The notes: generated from the sequence alone by a model not told the origin. Positions 38,770 through 50,189 are shown, numbered from the whole stretch's first letter. The stretch is 62,750 nt of DNA, filler included, from Basidioascus undulatus (GCA_000826855.1; 20 parts of 20 records of this genome joined end to end with filler, not necessarily neighbours in it); one strand, 5' to 3'. Translations and numbers: made by a program.

Positions 38770-39215
38770 TCACAGTCCCGCGCTATCCCCGTCGACAATA
38801 GCCCCCACTCCCATCAGCTCCCCGCTTACCCACTCTCATGTGCATCCGTAGCTTACGCGACACCCGAGTTCCATTCCCAGGTCTGCTTCTCCAGCCCGAG
38901 GAGTAACAGCTGAGCAAGAGCCCGACATTGGCGAGCAGCCCGGCGAGGACGAAGAGTAGGGTGAAGAGGGCGACGCGGACTGCGCCGAGTACGGGACGGC
39001 ATAGAGCCTGTTGGGGGTATTGAGTGGGTATATCGAGGGAAAGGAGGAGGATATCGAGAAAGATGAGAGGTGGAAGAGAGGGAGAGGGAGAAGACGAAGG
39101 TATGCTTGATTACGTCGGGCCGATACCCTGCCCGGAGCGTCGATCGTCCCGGCTGAGTTTCAGGAACATACCGCTCGAGCCCAGCAGGATATTGATGATG
39201 CCCCAAATATACTGA
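38770..39215 (-). pseudogene. Remnant of a membrane-protein gene, possibly the C-terminal part of a third paralogue
   Basis: YIWGIINILLGSS and LIFLDILLLSLDIPTQYPQQALCRPVLGAVRVALFTLLFVLAGLL. LSLDIP....QQAL resembles LTLDFP....EQIAL in paralogue B. Confidence 0.35.
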
Positions 39216-39352
39216 AGGCAAAACGTGAGCCAATTTTATGTATCCTGGAATGAGATTCAGGGCACTGACTCGACGAAACTGGTGCACCAATGTTTGAAAG
39301 AAGACTCAACAACTTGTTGGCATCGCTTGTTGTAAAGCAGCGGTACTTCGTA

Positions 39353-39425
39353 ATCAGGGGGTTGCAGGTTCGATCCCTGCGTCGGTCATGGCCGGCTGGC
39401 TCAATGGTAGAGTATCTGACTACGA
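39353..39425 (+). tRNA. tRNA-Arg(ACG) with halves in inverted order (candidate circularly permuted gene)
   Basis: 39353-39388 is positions 38-73 (ATCAGGGGGTTGCAGGTTCGATCCCTGCGTCGGTCA). After a 1-nt spacer, 39390-39425 is positions 1-37 (GGCCGGCTGGCTCAATGGTAGAGTATCTGACT[ACG]A), followed by CTTTTT. Reordered halves fold into a full cloverleaf. Confidence 0.75.
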
Positions 39426-39578
39426 CTTTTTNNNNNNNNNNNNNNNNNNNNNNNNNNNNNNNNNNNNNNNNNNNNTTAATTAATTAANNNNNNNNNNNNN
39501 NNNNNNNNNNNNNNNNNNNNNNNNNNNNNNNGGGGGGAAGGTTCGCTTCGCATCCGTCGCTGTGGGCTTCGAAGAGCT

Positions 39579-40958
39579 TCAGGCGTCGACTGTCCCATTC
39601 CCCCGCGCGATCTCCTCCCTACTAAGCTTCAGCACGCCACCCTTAAACGTGCCAATCCCCATGCCGAGGCCCTTCTGGCGCTTGCCATTCCGCTCCGCCG
39701 CGTCGCTCCCGAACGCGCGCTTCTTCGACGAGCTCGAGGGCGAGGAGGACGGGTCGGCGTAGAGGTGTTTCAGGGACGCGTGGTAGTTGCCTAGGTTCTT
39801 CGCCTGCCCATCTCCCCAACCAGTTCAGCGAACCCACTCCCCTGCCCAAAGAAGGAGAAGAAACCGACGAACCTCTTCAAGAGCCTTCTCCCTCCTCTCC
39901 TCCTCCTTCCCCGTCAGTCCCACCCTGACCTTCCCGCCCATCCGATTCCGCTCCCCCCTCGCCACAACTCCGCTCCCCTGCCCGACCTGCGCCTTCCCCG
40001 CAACTTCCAGCACCCGCCCCTCGAGCAACTTCTGCCGCTGGCCCGGGCGCAGGCCAGCCTGCGCATCGTACGTCGTGAACAGCTGCGTGTGCAGGAGGCG
40101 CTGCAGCTCGCGATCGTTTGCTGCGTCGGAGGCGGCGGAGGGCTCGTCCTCGTCGGAGGAGGCGGAGGTGGATTTGGTGGATAGGGGAGTAGGGTCGGAC
40201 GTGATGCGGGAGGTCTTGGAGCTCTGGAAAGGAGGAGGGGTTGGTGGAGAGAGGGAAGGAGAGGGGGATGGGACGAACCATGAACGCCTTCCATCCCGCC
40301 TTCCCCGCCAGGGCCTGCTCGTCCGCCTCCGACCGCGCCCCGCCGCGAGCGGCCTCCGCACCGAAGACGACCACCTCGGGCTCGCGCCGCTGTTTCCCGC
40401 GGGGCTGCTTCTCGGACGAGGGAGCAGGGGTGGCCTTCCCCTTCCCCTTCGAGATTTTTCCTATACGGCACGTCCGTGCGCACAGAATCAGCAAGGAGCC
40501 GAGAGATGAGGGGAGAAGGCGCAGACGCACCTCGGAAGAGAGAGTCGAGGTCCTGCTCCTGCTCCTCCTCGCTCTCCTCCTCACTTCCCTCCTCTTGCTC
40601 CTCTTTCGGAGCAGCAACAACGGCCGCCTTCGCCTTGCCCTTACCCTTACCCTTCTTGTCCGCCCTCTGCGGCGCAGGAGCAGGAGCAGGCGCGAACCGC
40701 TCCTCGAACGCCTTCTGGTGGCGCTCAAGCGCGACTAGGCGTGCCGCTACGTCGTCGTCCTGGTATTCTTCGTCGCTGCAGGCCCCAAACCCAGTCAATT
40801 CCTGCGTAGTCCGCATGCCCGGGCAAAGTCGAAGTGAATACGTACGACTTGGGTACGGGGCGCTTGGGCTTCGTCTTCGCCTTCGCCTTAACTTTGGCCG
40901 AATGAGGCCGTGGTTTGGACGAAGAGGATGATGAAGCAGCTGCGCTGAGGATGGACAT
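39579..40958 (-). CDS. FAF1: 40S ribosome biogenesis factor Faf1 / DUF4602 family, complete
   Basis: PEVVVF, WKAFM|SSK, NDRELQRLL, EE|AKNLG and C-terminal RQKGLGMGIGTFKGGVLKLSREEIAR. Confidence 0.75.
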
Positions 40959-41176
40959 TGCTTGATGTTGAGAAGACAAGCTGGTATGGAGGCAAGCCGT
41001 TCAAGTTGAGGTTTCAGGCGAGAAGTCGGACGCGACAATCTGCTCCCGGGCGCGGCTTTGTGGTCTTCTCTCACGCACAGCCAGCCTCGAGTCCTCGACC
41101 CTCGCTCGCGCCTTCCCCATTCGCCATCATCACCGCATTTCTTTCCACGTATACATCCCTGCACACACTTAGAACG

Positions 41177-41567
41177 ATGCCGATGCTCCCCCCAAATCCG
41201 CAAGCCGCAGCGTCGGGCATCGTCGCGGATACCTCGGGAGAGCGCAAAGTGCCCGCCTCGCTCCGACCAGATGGAACGCACGTCCCTCTTCCTCTCTGAC
41301 TCTCCCACGTCCCACATCCCACCTCACCGCCCTTCAACCTCACTCCATCTTCATATTACTTTCATGCTCCACGATGACTGACATCCGTTCGACTTGTCGG
41401 GATGCTACAGAGTGAGGAAGGAGCTCAAGATCCGCCCCGGCTTCACACCGACCGAGGACATCGGCCGCTTCCGCTCCCAGCGCGTCGAAGCCCGCAAAGC
41501 CGCCGCAGCTGCAGACGGGCCCATCCCCGGCGCCACACCCCCCTCCCCCTCCCGCTCTCCCGCCCCG
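41177..41567 (+). CDS. PYM1: PYM/WIBG Mago-binding protein (EJC disassembly factor), 3' partial
   Basis: GERKVPASLRPDGT|VRKELKIRPGFTPTED is the Mago-bind motif (S.RPDG..RK...V..G..P.E). Confidence 0.88.
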
Positions 41568-41667
41568 NNNNNNNNNNNNNNNNNNNNNNNNNNNNNNNNN
41601 NNNNNNNNNNNTTAATTAATTAANNNNNNNNNNNNNNNNNNNNNNNNNNNNNNNNNNNNNNNNNNNN

Positions 41668-42086
41668 GACGAGGGACAGGAATGGGGACGAGGGAGAGGC
41701 GAGGACAGGGAGAGGGGGGAATCACACAACGAGTGAGCCACAGTGGGACGGTGAGAAGGAGGGTGGGGTAGGTAGGGAACGCATAAGGTGTGGAAAGGCA
41801 GAAGAGGGAAGGAGGGGGGGAAGGGGAGGCCGGGGGGAAAGGATGGAAGGAAGGCAAGCGACGCACGATGTACCCAAACCGCCCCGAGCACGTCCCCTCC
41901 ACGTCGGCGTACAGCTTCTGCGTGATGAACTCGAGCGTCTTGGGCCCAAAGTAGGACGGGTGGAGGTGCAGCGTGTGCGTGAGGTCGTTCTTCTACTCAT
42001 CCACCACCATCGCCATCATAGTCCGTCATCCTGTTCCGCCTGGTGAGGAGTGCGGAGCGCGGAGGGTGACGAACAACGAAGAACAT
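41668..42086 (-). CDS. RPB7: RNA polymerase II subunit RPB7, 3' partial
   Basis: [46 protein letters not shown]. Confidence 0.95.
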
Positions 42087-42554
42087 AGTTGCGCCAGAGG
42101 GCCCGGAAGGGGGATGGTGGTGATGATCGAAGGAGATCGCAGCCCCGCGAGAGGACGGATAGGTTCGAGGAGAGGTCCGGAGCTCTCAGACCAGCGCACG
42201 AAGTTCTGGTCGTGGACCGAAAATTTGGGCGATGTCCGGAATACGAGTTGTGGGCGGTTGTTAGTGTGCAGTGCTCGTGAGCGTGTACGCGGTTTAATGT
42301 GAGTGAGCGCGGTGATGAGGGTGAAGGGAAGACGCGGAGAGGACGCGTGAGGATCAGAAGCGCGTGCAAGGGCGAGGGGTTTCGGCGCTGAGAATTCGAG
42401 AGCGGGCGATAGACTTCACAGTCCGCAGCGTCTCGTTCCTCTATTGATTCAAAGTGAGGTTTTTGATCGATTGGGAACACCTATGCTATGATTGAGGAAA
42501 AAAAACATGTTGTCAGAGCAGGCTCCTAGAGAGTGCGAGGCACGTCAACCCGCG

Positions 42555-43600
42555 TCATCGTTGCGCAGCGTCGCTGTTGTTGAAGTCCTTGAAGTGTTTC
42601 ATCAGAAAACGACATTGATCCATGTGAGACCAGTAAGTCACTCTATTAACTGAATTCACCAAGCAGTTGCCAAGCATTTGGGCTGGACCGCTTCGTAGAC
42701 ACATCTCTCCCAGGTGGTATCCGACGATGCCTCCGACAAAGCCTCCGATAAAGCAGTGACGTTCCTCTCGTAAGACTTCATATCTGCAGCCGCTTTCTCT
42801 TCTCAAAGCTTCCAACCATCTCCATGGGTCTCCGCATCACAGTTCCATGTGCGACCTTCTTGTGGCCGGGGGCGTGTAGCCGGGCGAGTAAGATCGCGGG
42901 TTGTCCGCGCTCAGGAGCCTGCCCATCATCTTGAAGTACAAGTCTATGCATTCCTTAGAATGTTAACGCTTCTTCTGAAGAAGGCTCCAGAACGCACCGA
43001 TGATGGAAACTCCACACAGAACCAAGAAGGTCCCCAACAACTCCTAACGCTTCGCAAAAACCTCCGCATTAGCTGTGTTTCGGTTCAAGTCAGACATCGA
43101 AGCCACAGGTTAAGATACAAAATAGGAGACACACGGCGGAGAGCGCTGACGCCGGTCCAGATGAGCAATCCGGAGATGATAGCCGCCACAAACCTAGATA
43201 TAGCCAGAAGAAGCCGTCCATCAAGTTTAGAAAAACAGTCTTCAGAGGCTGGTACCACCCAGCGGGAATGAACCCTCGGTAGCCTATAACAATGCTCAGG
43301 GACAAGGAGGGAAAGTCGGTCGAGATTTGGGTCATGATCTCATCTGCTGATTTGAAGAAAAGGTCTGTTGGGTTATCAGCATATCAGACCTATCGACATA
43401 CAACGATTTGGAGTGGCGTGGAGAGGGGAGGGCAGAAGAGAAGGCGGGGCAAGAGGAGGACGAATCGAGAAGGTCCACGCTGCACAGAAGCAAGAAGCTC
43501 TCCAGGGTCAGCCGACACTTGGGAAACAACTTTTTTGCGGCTGTGAAGTAATCCAGGATGAGATTTCACAGCTTCGGACGGGGTGGACGAGGGACTGAGC
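42555..43600 (-). pseudogene. Degenerate membrane-protein gene in lower-GC DNA
   Basis: Hydrophobic peptides LSRFVAAIISGLLIWTGVSAL, ELLGTFLVLCGVSIIGAFWSLL and FIGGFVGGIVGYHLG, separated by in-frame stops. Confidence 0.4.
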
Positions 43601-43802
43601 GAAGAGGGCGGCCTGGCCAGCTGTCATGAACGTCTTAACAAATATTCAATTCTCGACAACTGTCAAACCTTGCCACCTCATTTTACGCTCTCACCCTTTC
43701 CCNNNNNNNNNNNNNNNNNNNNNNNNNNNNNNNNNNNNNNNNNNNNTTAATTAATTAANNNNNNNNNNNNNNNNNNNNNNNNNNNNNNNNNNNNNNNNNN
43801 NN

Positions 43803-44135
43803 CCTTTTTACCCCCCCCCCGCCGAGCCTCTCCCCCAACCCGTAACACACATGCGCCCCGACTCGCCCTCCCCCCTCGCCGTGCAGCCCGCGTCCGAGGC
43901 AGACCTCCCTCCCACTTCTCCTTCTTCCACCCCCGCCGAGCCGCCTACCTCCTCCGCATCCGTTCCACGCCCCACCTCTCCCGCTCCCGCTCCGCAAGCC
44001 GCTCAGCTCGCGACAGTAGGCACAGGCGGATTGGACATCCCCGTCACGGCCGGCCCGCCCACGACGCTCGGGACGGGCACGGGCAGGCCGTTCGATCCGT
44101 ACTTCCGGAATCAGCAGGGCGTGGAGGCGCGGTAG
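43803..44135 (+). CDS. 3' end of a Ser/Thr/Pro-rich hypothetical protein
   Basis: Open GC3-rich frame ending TGRPFDPYFRNQQGVEAR*, followed by 3'UTR-like sequence. Confidence 0.55.
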   Translation, partial: PFYPPPAEPLPQPVTHMRPDSPSPLAVQPASEADLPPTSPSSTPAEPPTSSASVPRPTSPAPAPQAAQLATVGTGGLDIPVTAGPPTTLGTGTGRPFDPYFRNQQGVEAR

Positions 44136-44732
44136 CCTTGGGTTCATTGGGCTGGAAGGGGGGAGGATGGGCTTCCGCATCTGGGGCTTCGTGGTTCCTG
44201 GTTTTTTCTTGATGTACGCATTTATATGACGCACGACTTATAGAGATTGCACTGTTACGCTATTGAGGTGTTTGTTGGCTGTCTGCTTTATTCAGATCTG
44301 TATCGCTCGCTCGTTGCCCAGGAAGCACGACTTGATCATCCGTTCAACTCAACAGCGACGCCCGTCTGCACATTGGGAGAGTATCGAGCTTCGTGACAGC
44401 GGGGTATGCAATTGGTCTGGCTGGTTCGCAGTGGTCGCTGTCGCACTTGTTCGGGCCATCGGCCCATCGGCCCATCGCAATGCCGCTGCCACACGCGGAC
44501 GGACACCATAGTACAAAACGAGCAGCTTGGGATTGCATGAGTGTCGGCGCCAGTCGTGCGGCAGACCCCCGCGCTCACTAGACTCTAGACAGGAGCGCGC
44601 GGTCAGCGCGGACAGCGCGGACAGCGCCCCTGCATCCCCTCCTTTTCTCTGGTCCTCGCCAGTCTTTTCGATTTGTTTATCTCACCGCTCAACAAAGAGA
44701 CACTACTGACCTATCGAGCCTCCAACTCGAAC

Positions 44733-45400
44733 ATGACATCTCATACCAATCGCGTTCCCCTTCGACGTTCTCTCGCGCATCTTCGAACTAGCCACCCTCG
44801 CCGAATCGGTCCAGATCTGCATCGAGACTGAACAGCAAGGGCGGAATTATGAGCCGATGGAGATCGCGAAGCGTGCGAGGCTCTCTCTCGTTTGGGTCTG
44901 CAAAGCATGGAAGGTGCGCCAAGCCATTTCCCACTGCTGGTGGCTCACGACGGCGAGCATACATCCGCACAGGCCTTAGCCGAGCCGTTCCTCTGTCGCG
45001 AGCTCAACCCTTGGTCGGACTCCGAGCTGGCTGCGGTCTCTTCACACTTGACTGCTCTTCCTGGAGTGGGCGCCCTCGTCAACTCCCTCATCTTCAACGT
45101 TCCCGCTGGAAACCAAGCTGCCGTTCGGGAGGCGACCCTCGATATACTGCCGCACCTGACCAAACTCCACCTGACCAAACTCCGCGTCTCCTTCTTGCGC
45201 GACCTCATTGAACCCGCTTTCTACATGTGGACGCTCCCGGTCGGCGGCAGCGTGCACGCTTCGCGTCTTGTACGCCCGACAGTCCGAGCGTCGCGGGGAC
45301 GATGTCAACTGGGAGCGCGCCGCAGAGATCTTCAATGCGTTTCCCATCCTCGGAGTGCTTCGTGTCGAGCACATCAGAGTGTCCAGACCGCAGGCGGGAG
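44733..45400 (+). pseudogene. F-box-like protein pseudogene
   Basis: PFDVLSRIFELA...LSLVWVCKAWK|ALAEPFL. The ATG at 44733 is out of frame with the F-box by one base, and there is a 15-bp tandem duplication (CACCTGACCAAACTC x2) near 45153. Confidence 0.6.
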
Positions 45401-45434
45401 ACTCGCTCGCCTCCCACTGCCCTCGCCTATGCAG

Positions 45435-45823
45435 CCCGTAAACGAGGTCCTTGTGGTTGATCCCGATACGGGCGTGGAGCGGCCGGTCGGTCAGCTCGGT
45501 GAGAGCTGGCTGATTAGGTTGTTTCTCGCAATTTTTAAGACTAGACGATGGATCATAGGGCTGAGCGAAAGTGAATAGAGGACCGAACGTCTGCAAGGGG
45601 TGAGTTTGCGCTCCGGTTTAACGACCCAGTCGAGCTTACGCAGACTCTGAAGATATTGGAACAAGCCCGAGGCAAACGATAAGGCATTCACGAAGGACGG
45701 TTGGTACCGCTCGTACGTGAGAATCTTACCACTATGCACCCGGTCGACGGCGTCTGAAAGCTCCCGCAGGGGTGATCTCGGCTTTGTGGACGAGGAAGGG
45801 TTCATCTACGTTCGCGATCGCGG
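45435..45823 (+). pseudogene. Internal fragment of an AMP-binding (acyl-CoA/4-coumarate-CoA ligase-like) gene
   Basis: Exons PVNEVLVVDPDTGVERPVGQLG, RGPNVCKG|YWNKPEANDKAFTKDGWYRS|GDLGFVDEEGFIYVRDR carry ANL core motifs. No N-terminal exons are visible upstream. Confidence 0.7.
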
Positions 45824-45936
45824 TTCGCGATCGCGGNNNNNNNNNNNNNNNNNNNNNNNNNNNNNNNNNNNNNNNNNNNNTTAATTAATTAANNNNNNNN
45901 NNNNNNNNNNNNNNNNNNNNNNNNNNNNNNNNNNNN

Positions 45937-47963
45937 CCCTCCCCGCGCCCCTCCACGGGCCGCACGCGATCTCGTCCAGCGCCAGACGGACGAGGCGCAG
46001 GTCCCGCAATGCGTGATCGCGCCGGAGACGCGCCTCGTCGTTCGCTGTGGGGGACTCGTCGAGGACGAGGAGGGCGAGGACGGTGGATGCTTGGAGGAGA
46101 TAACTGGGGAAGTCCCGGGTGGTCAGAATGTCAGCTGTCCGGAACATCGGAGAAGATGGGAAGACTTAAGAGGAGAGCATGGGGAACGGGAGTAGGAAGG
46201 AAGGCAGGAAGGGGAGAATGACGGCAAGGGAAAGAAGCTCAACGCACTGGTGGAAATGCGGCCCCACAACCCCCAGCCCGCCCGACGCGCGCTGGAGCTT
46301 GAGCAGTCTCACCAAGTGCGCCGCGGCGCTCGTGCACTGCGCGAAGGCCTGTTCTTGCCCGGTGCGCTGGGCGAAGGGGCGGTGGAGGAGGAGGAGAGTC
46401 CTTAGGCCGGAGGTGTTATCAATCTACGCTCTCGGAAGAGGGGAAGAAAATAAGAGGAAGGCAAATAACGCACTGATAGTACCCCATATTAAGCGCAATC
46501 ACATGCGCATGGGGCGCGCACGCCGGGGACTGCGTGATCGCCCTCAAGTGGGAAGGGAGCTCATGATACCTTTCCACCCCACAACACCCCGCATCCCAAC
46601 CACGTCAGTACCCACCTACCCATCTTCTCTCCCAAACTTCAACAAAACGCACCATTTCTCGAGCTCGAGGTTCAGCTCGGGGACAGCTGCGGCAGGCGAG
46701 GAGGAGAGGGAGGGACACTGGGAAGGGGAGAGGTAGGAAGTGGGAGAGGTGGGAGAGGAGTAGATGCAGTGCAGGACGCGCGCGCTGAGGAGGGAGAGGC
46801 GCGCGGCGGCGCGGGAGGCGGAAGTCTGGAGACTCCAAACCCACCATCAGCTTAAGGCGAAAGGAAGAGAAGACGAAGGAGAAAAAGGAAGAAGGCGCAA
46901 AGGGAGGAAGACAGAGGAGAGGGCAGGGAGGGAACGACGCACCACATGGTGCGGCACGACCGAATCAACCGTGAGCGATATAGTGGGCAGTTCCAGGTCG
47001 ATCTCTTCCGTCACGGAGGGACAGACGAGCGGCGGGCGGCCGTGGTAGGTCGAGAAGATCCTACTTCGGGTGTCCGCTCAGCACTCATCTCTCCCACACC
47101 TGCATTTCGCAACTGGGAACGTACATGTCTGTCAGAGGGGGTCGCAATGAGCGTGGGCACTTGGGGGAAGGCGGTGGGGTGCGGACGGGAAGGCAAAGGG
47201 GACGCACCGACGATAGCAACCGACCAGAAGCACGTCTTGCGCGTTTCGGCGAGGTTGTAGCTCACGCTTGCGGGGTGGGCGTGGGGGTATGAGGGCGCAA
47301 GGCGGTGTATGCCGAGGTGCAGGCCGAGGGTGTGGGATATTGAATGGGCCATTGCTGCTCGCAGAGGAACACAAGTGTCAGTAGGGGAAGTTGAGTGGGA
47401 AGGGGAGGGAAATGGTTGTAGGGGGAGAGATGTGGGAGACGGGGAAGAAGAGGAGGACGGACCGAGGAGCGCGATACCGGTATGCCTTTGGGCTGGGTAT
47501 CAGCGGCTGGGAAGAGAGGTGGGGGAAAGGGGGAAAGGCGTACTCGTCCCCCGACGCAGAAGTATACAGCGCCAGACAAAGCAGGCCTATCACAGTGGAG
47601 ACCATCGGGCTGCCCCCTCCCCTCCTCTCATCAGTTCCTTGCTGTCTGTAAATCGCGGCGTTCGCCCAGATGCACCTCCTCATCTCCTCCCCCACCGCCC
47701 CCATCGCCCTCCGCATAAACCGATCCCCCCTTTCCTTCTCCCCTTCCCTCCCCTCCTCGTACCGGCACCCCGTAGCCAATATCGCATCCCTCAAAAAAGT
47801 ACTATAGAACTGCGTCCGCCCGGAAGGGCCACACTTGACCATGTCCGCGAAGAAGAGTTTCCGCGGGACTAGGCGGCCGAAGGCGAGGCCGTGGTCGAGG
47901 GCGAGACAGAGGAGATGCTCGGTTTCGGAGGGGGAGGGGTCCGGGGTGGGGTCGGAGGTGGAG
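45937..47963 (-). CDS. Fungal Zn2Cys6-type transcription factor, Fungal_trans middle homology region (partial at both ends)
   Basis: LFFADM...YSTFLRDAILATGCRY, TVIGLLCLALY, MAHSISHTLGLH, ETRKTCFWSV and STYHGRPP. Confidence 0.8.
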
Positions 47964-48078
47964 NNNNNNNNNNNNNNNNNNNNNNNNNNNNNNNNNNNNN
48001 NNNNNNNTTAATTAATTAANNNNNNNNNNNNNNNNNNNNNNNNNNNNNNNNNNNNNNNNNNNNAGAAGAATGCCGCAG

Positions 48079-50085
48079 TCAGAATGCCGCGGGTGGGGTG
48101 GATGCGGATGGGGCGGAGGGAGCAGCCAGGCCCGCCTCGAGCGCTTCGAACCCCTCGTCGTCTAGCTCGAGTGGCGGCGCGGAGGCCCCGTTCTGCGCTG
48201 GTGGCGCAGAAGGGGCCGAGGGTGCCGAAGACGACGCAGCAAGCGAGGCTAGCACGGCCTTGTCGTCCGTCGCGAGATGCGCTGACACCTCCGCTCTCCG
48301 CTCCTCCGCGTCCAGCCGCGCCTGCTCCTCCGCCTCGAGCGACTCATGCGCTTCTCGCTCTGCCCGCTCCCTCGGCGTCTCCGTACTCGCTGCCACAGCC
48401 GCAGCCTTCTCGTTCGCGCGCGCGGAAGCCGCAGCGGGGCAAACGCCGCCGTTGTCGTGCGAAGCGCGTGGGGAGGAAGCGGGCTGATGTCGCTGGCTCG
48501 GGCGGTACGCGGGAGGGAGAGGCGGGAGGGCGCCACCGTCCGTATCCCGCTCTTGCACGGCGGACGGTGCGGGTTGGACAGGGGATAGGGAACGGGAGAT
48601 GGGCGGTGGTGGGGACGTGGGATGGGGAGACTGGGCGCGCATGGAGGATGCGGTTGGACGGCTCGAGGAGAGGGGAGAGGGACATGGACCAGAGAGGGAT
48701 GTTCGGGGGGAGTGGGCAGGGGACGTGGCGGCGGATCGGGGATGAGGGGAGTTCGGTAGGGACGCAGAGGCTCGGGTGCGTGTGCGAGCGATAACAGAGC
48801 CGACCGACGTGGTCTTCGTGCGAGGCATAGGTTTCCCCTTCCTCCACTTGAACGTCCACCCCCGCCCCCTCTTCCTGAGCCCGCCCAGATCGTTCTCCCG
48901 CGCGGAAGCCACGACCGTGGGCGACGCTTCCTGGGCGCGCTCGTCGTCCGACTTCTCCCCGTCCGCACCATCCGGCGCGTCCGGATCCTCGCCGCGCGCA
49001 ATGCGCCGCTTGCGCCGGCGCGCCTCGCGCTCCTCCTTCTCGCGCGCCTTGCGCCGCCGCGTCCGCGCGCGCCGCCAGAAGATGGCGATCACCATCGTGA
49101 TGACGATCATGCAGGCGAGCATGACGCTGATGCCAATGATGAGCGGCTCTGAGCCGGCGTGGGTCGTGGAAGAAGTGTGCTCGGAGCCCCAGCCGCGCGG
49201 AAGGGAGGGGTCGTCGGATTCGAAGGGGTCGGCGGTGGCTCGGATCGTGGCGACGCTCCGCTTGTCGTGCACGAGAACGCCCCAAAATCTGAACTCGGTG
49301 ACGGGTGACCAGACACTGAGGAGGAACAAGAAGGATGTGAGCGCGACAAGGAAGATGTCTAGGAAGAGAGGCTGCCGCACGGTTCGTCGCCATCTTGATC
49401 AAGCGTCAAGCGCGGAGGGACGATCGCCTCGTTGTCCAGAGTCACCTCGTACGGCTGCTCAAAGACGTGGCCATCTGCACCGGCGCGGACGCTGGCCGCG
49501 TCCGGGTATTCGCCGAGCGGCCCGCGCTGGGGCTGCCGACGCGGGATGGGCGGAACGAAGTGAGGTCCGGGAGGAGGAGGAGGTGCGGGGCCAGGTAGGC
49601 CTGGGCGAGGAGGTTCGCGAGGAGAGTGATGCCGCGGTGGACGTTTTGGTGGCGGAGGAGGGAGATAAGGGGCCGGGGTGATGTCTAGCCGGGGAGGAAG
49701 ACGGAGGGGGGAGGCAGAGGCGGTGGTGGCGGCGATGCTGGCGAGGAGGGCGAGAACCGCGTGGACTGATGGGGCCTTGTGTCGCTCGGGGAGTGGGGGT
49801 GGGGCATGTCGTTGTCGGTGCTGTGGGTAGCAAAGAGTGCACGAATGTCGCGAGCACGATGCCACGGGAGCTGGCGGCGGCGGCGGCGTCGAGCGGGAGC
49901 CGGATGACGGGAAGCGCGTCGCCTGTGATCCACCGCTTCAGCGTCAGCTCTCGCCCACTTCGACCGTCCTCTCGCCCGTTCTCTGTGCTCCTCCAAGCCC
50001 TCACGGAACCATACAATCGCCAGCACTGGAAGCGAGGAAGGCTCACCGGTCCGTCGAGCCGCTGAGGCGCCCGACTCGAGCGCAT
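48079..50085 (-). CDS. Type I single-pass membrane protein with cytoplasmic PPxY motif (about 3 exons)
   Basis: MRSSRAPQRLDGP|HRQRH..AVLALLASIAATTASASP (signal-like), TM LIIGISVMLACMIVITMVIAIFW followed by an RRARTRRRK stop-transfer, and LPPAY in the tail. Confidence 0.7.
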
Positions 50086-50189
50086 GTCCNNNNNNNNNNN
50101 NNNNNNNNNNNNNNNNNNNNNNNNNNNNNNNNNTTAATTAATTAANNNNNNNNNNNNNNNNNNNNNNNNNNNNNNNNNNNNNNNNNNNN

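Noticed and set aside
39914..41317. 467-aa minus-strand ORF
   Set aside because: It is a composite of PYM antisense, promoter, introns and one true FAF1 exon.
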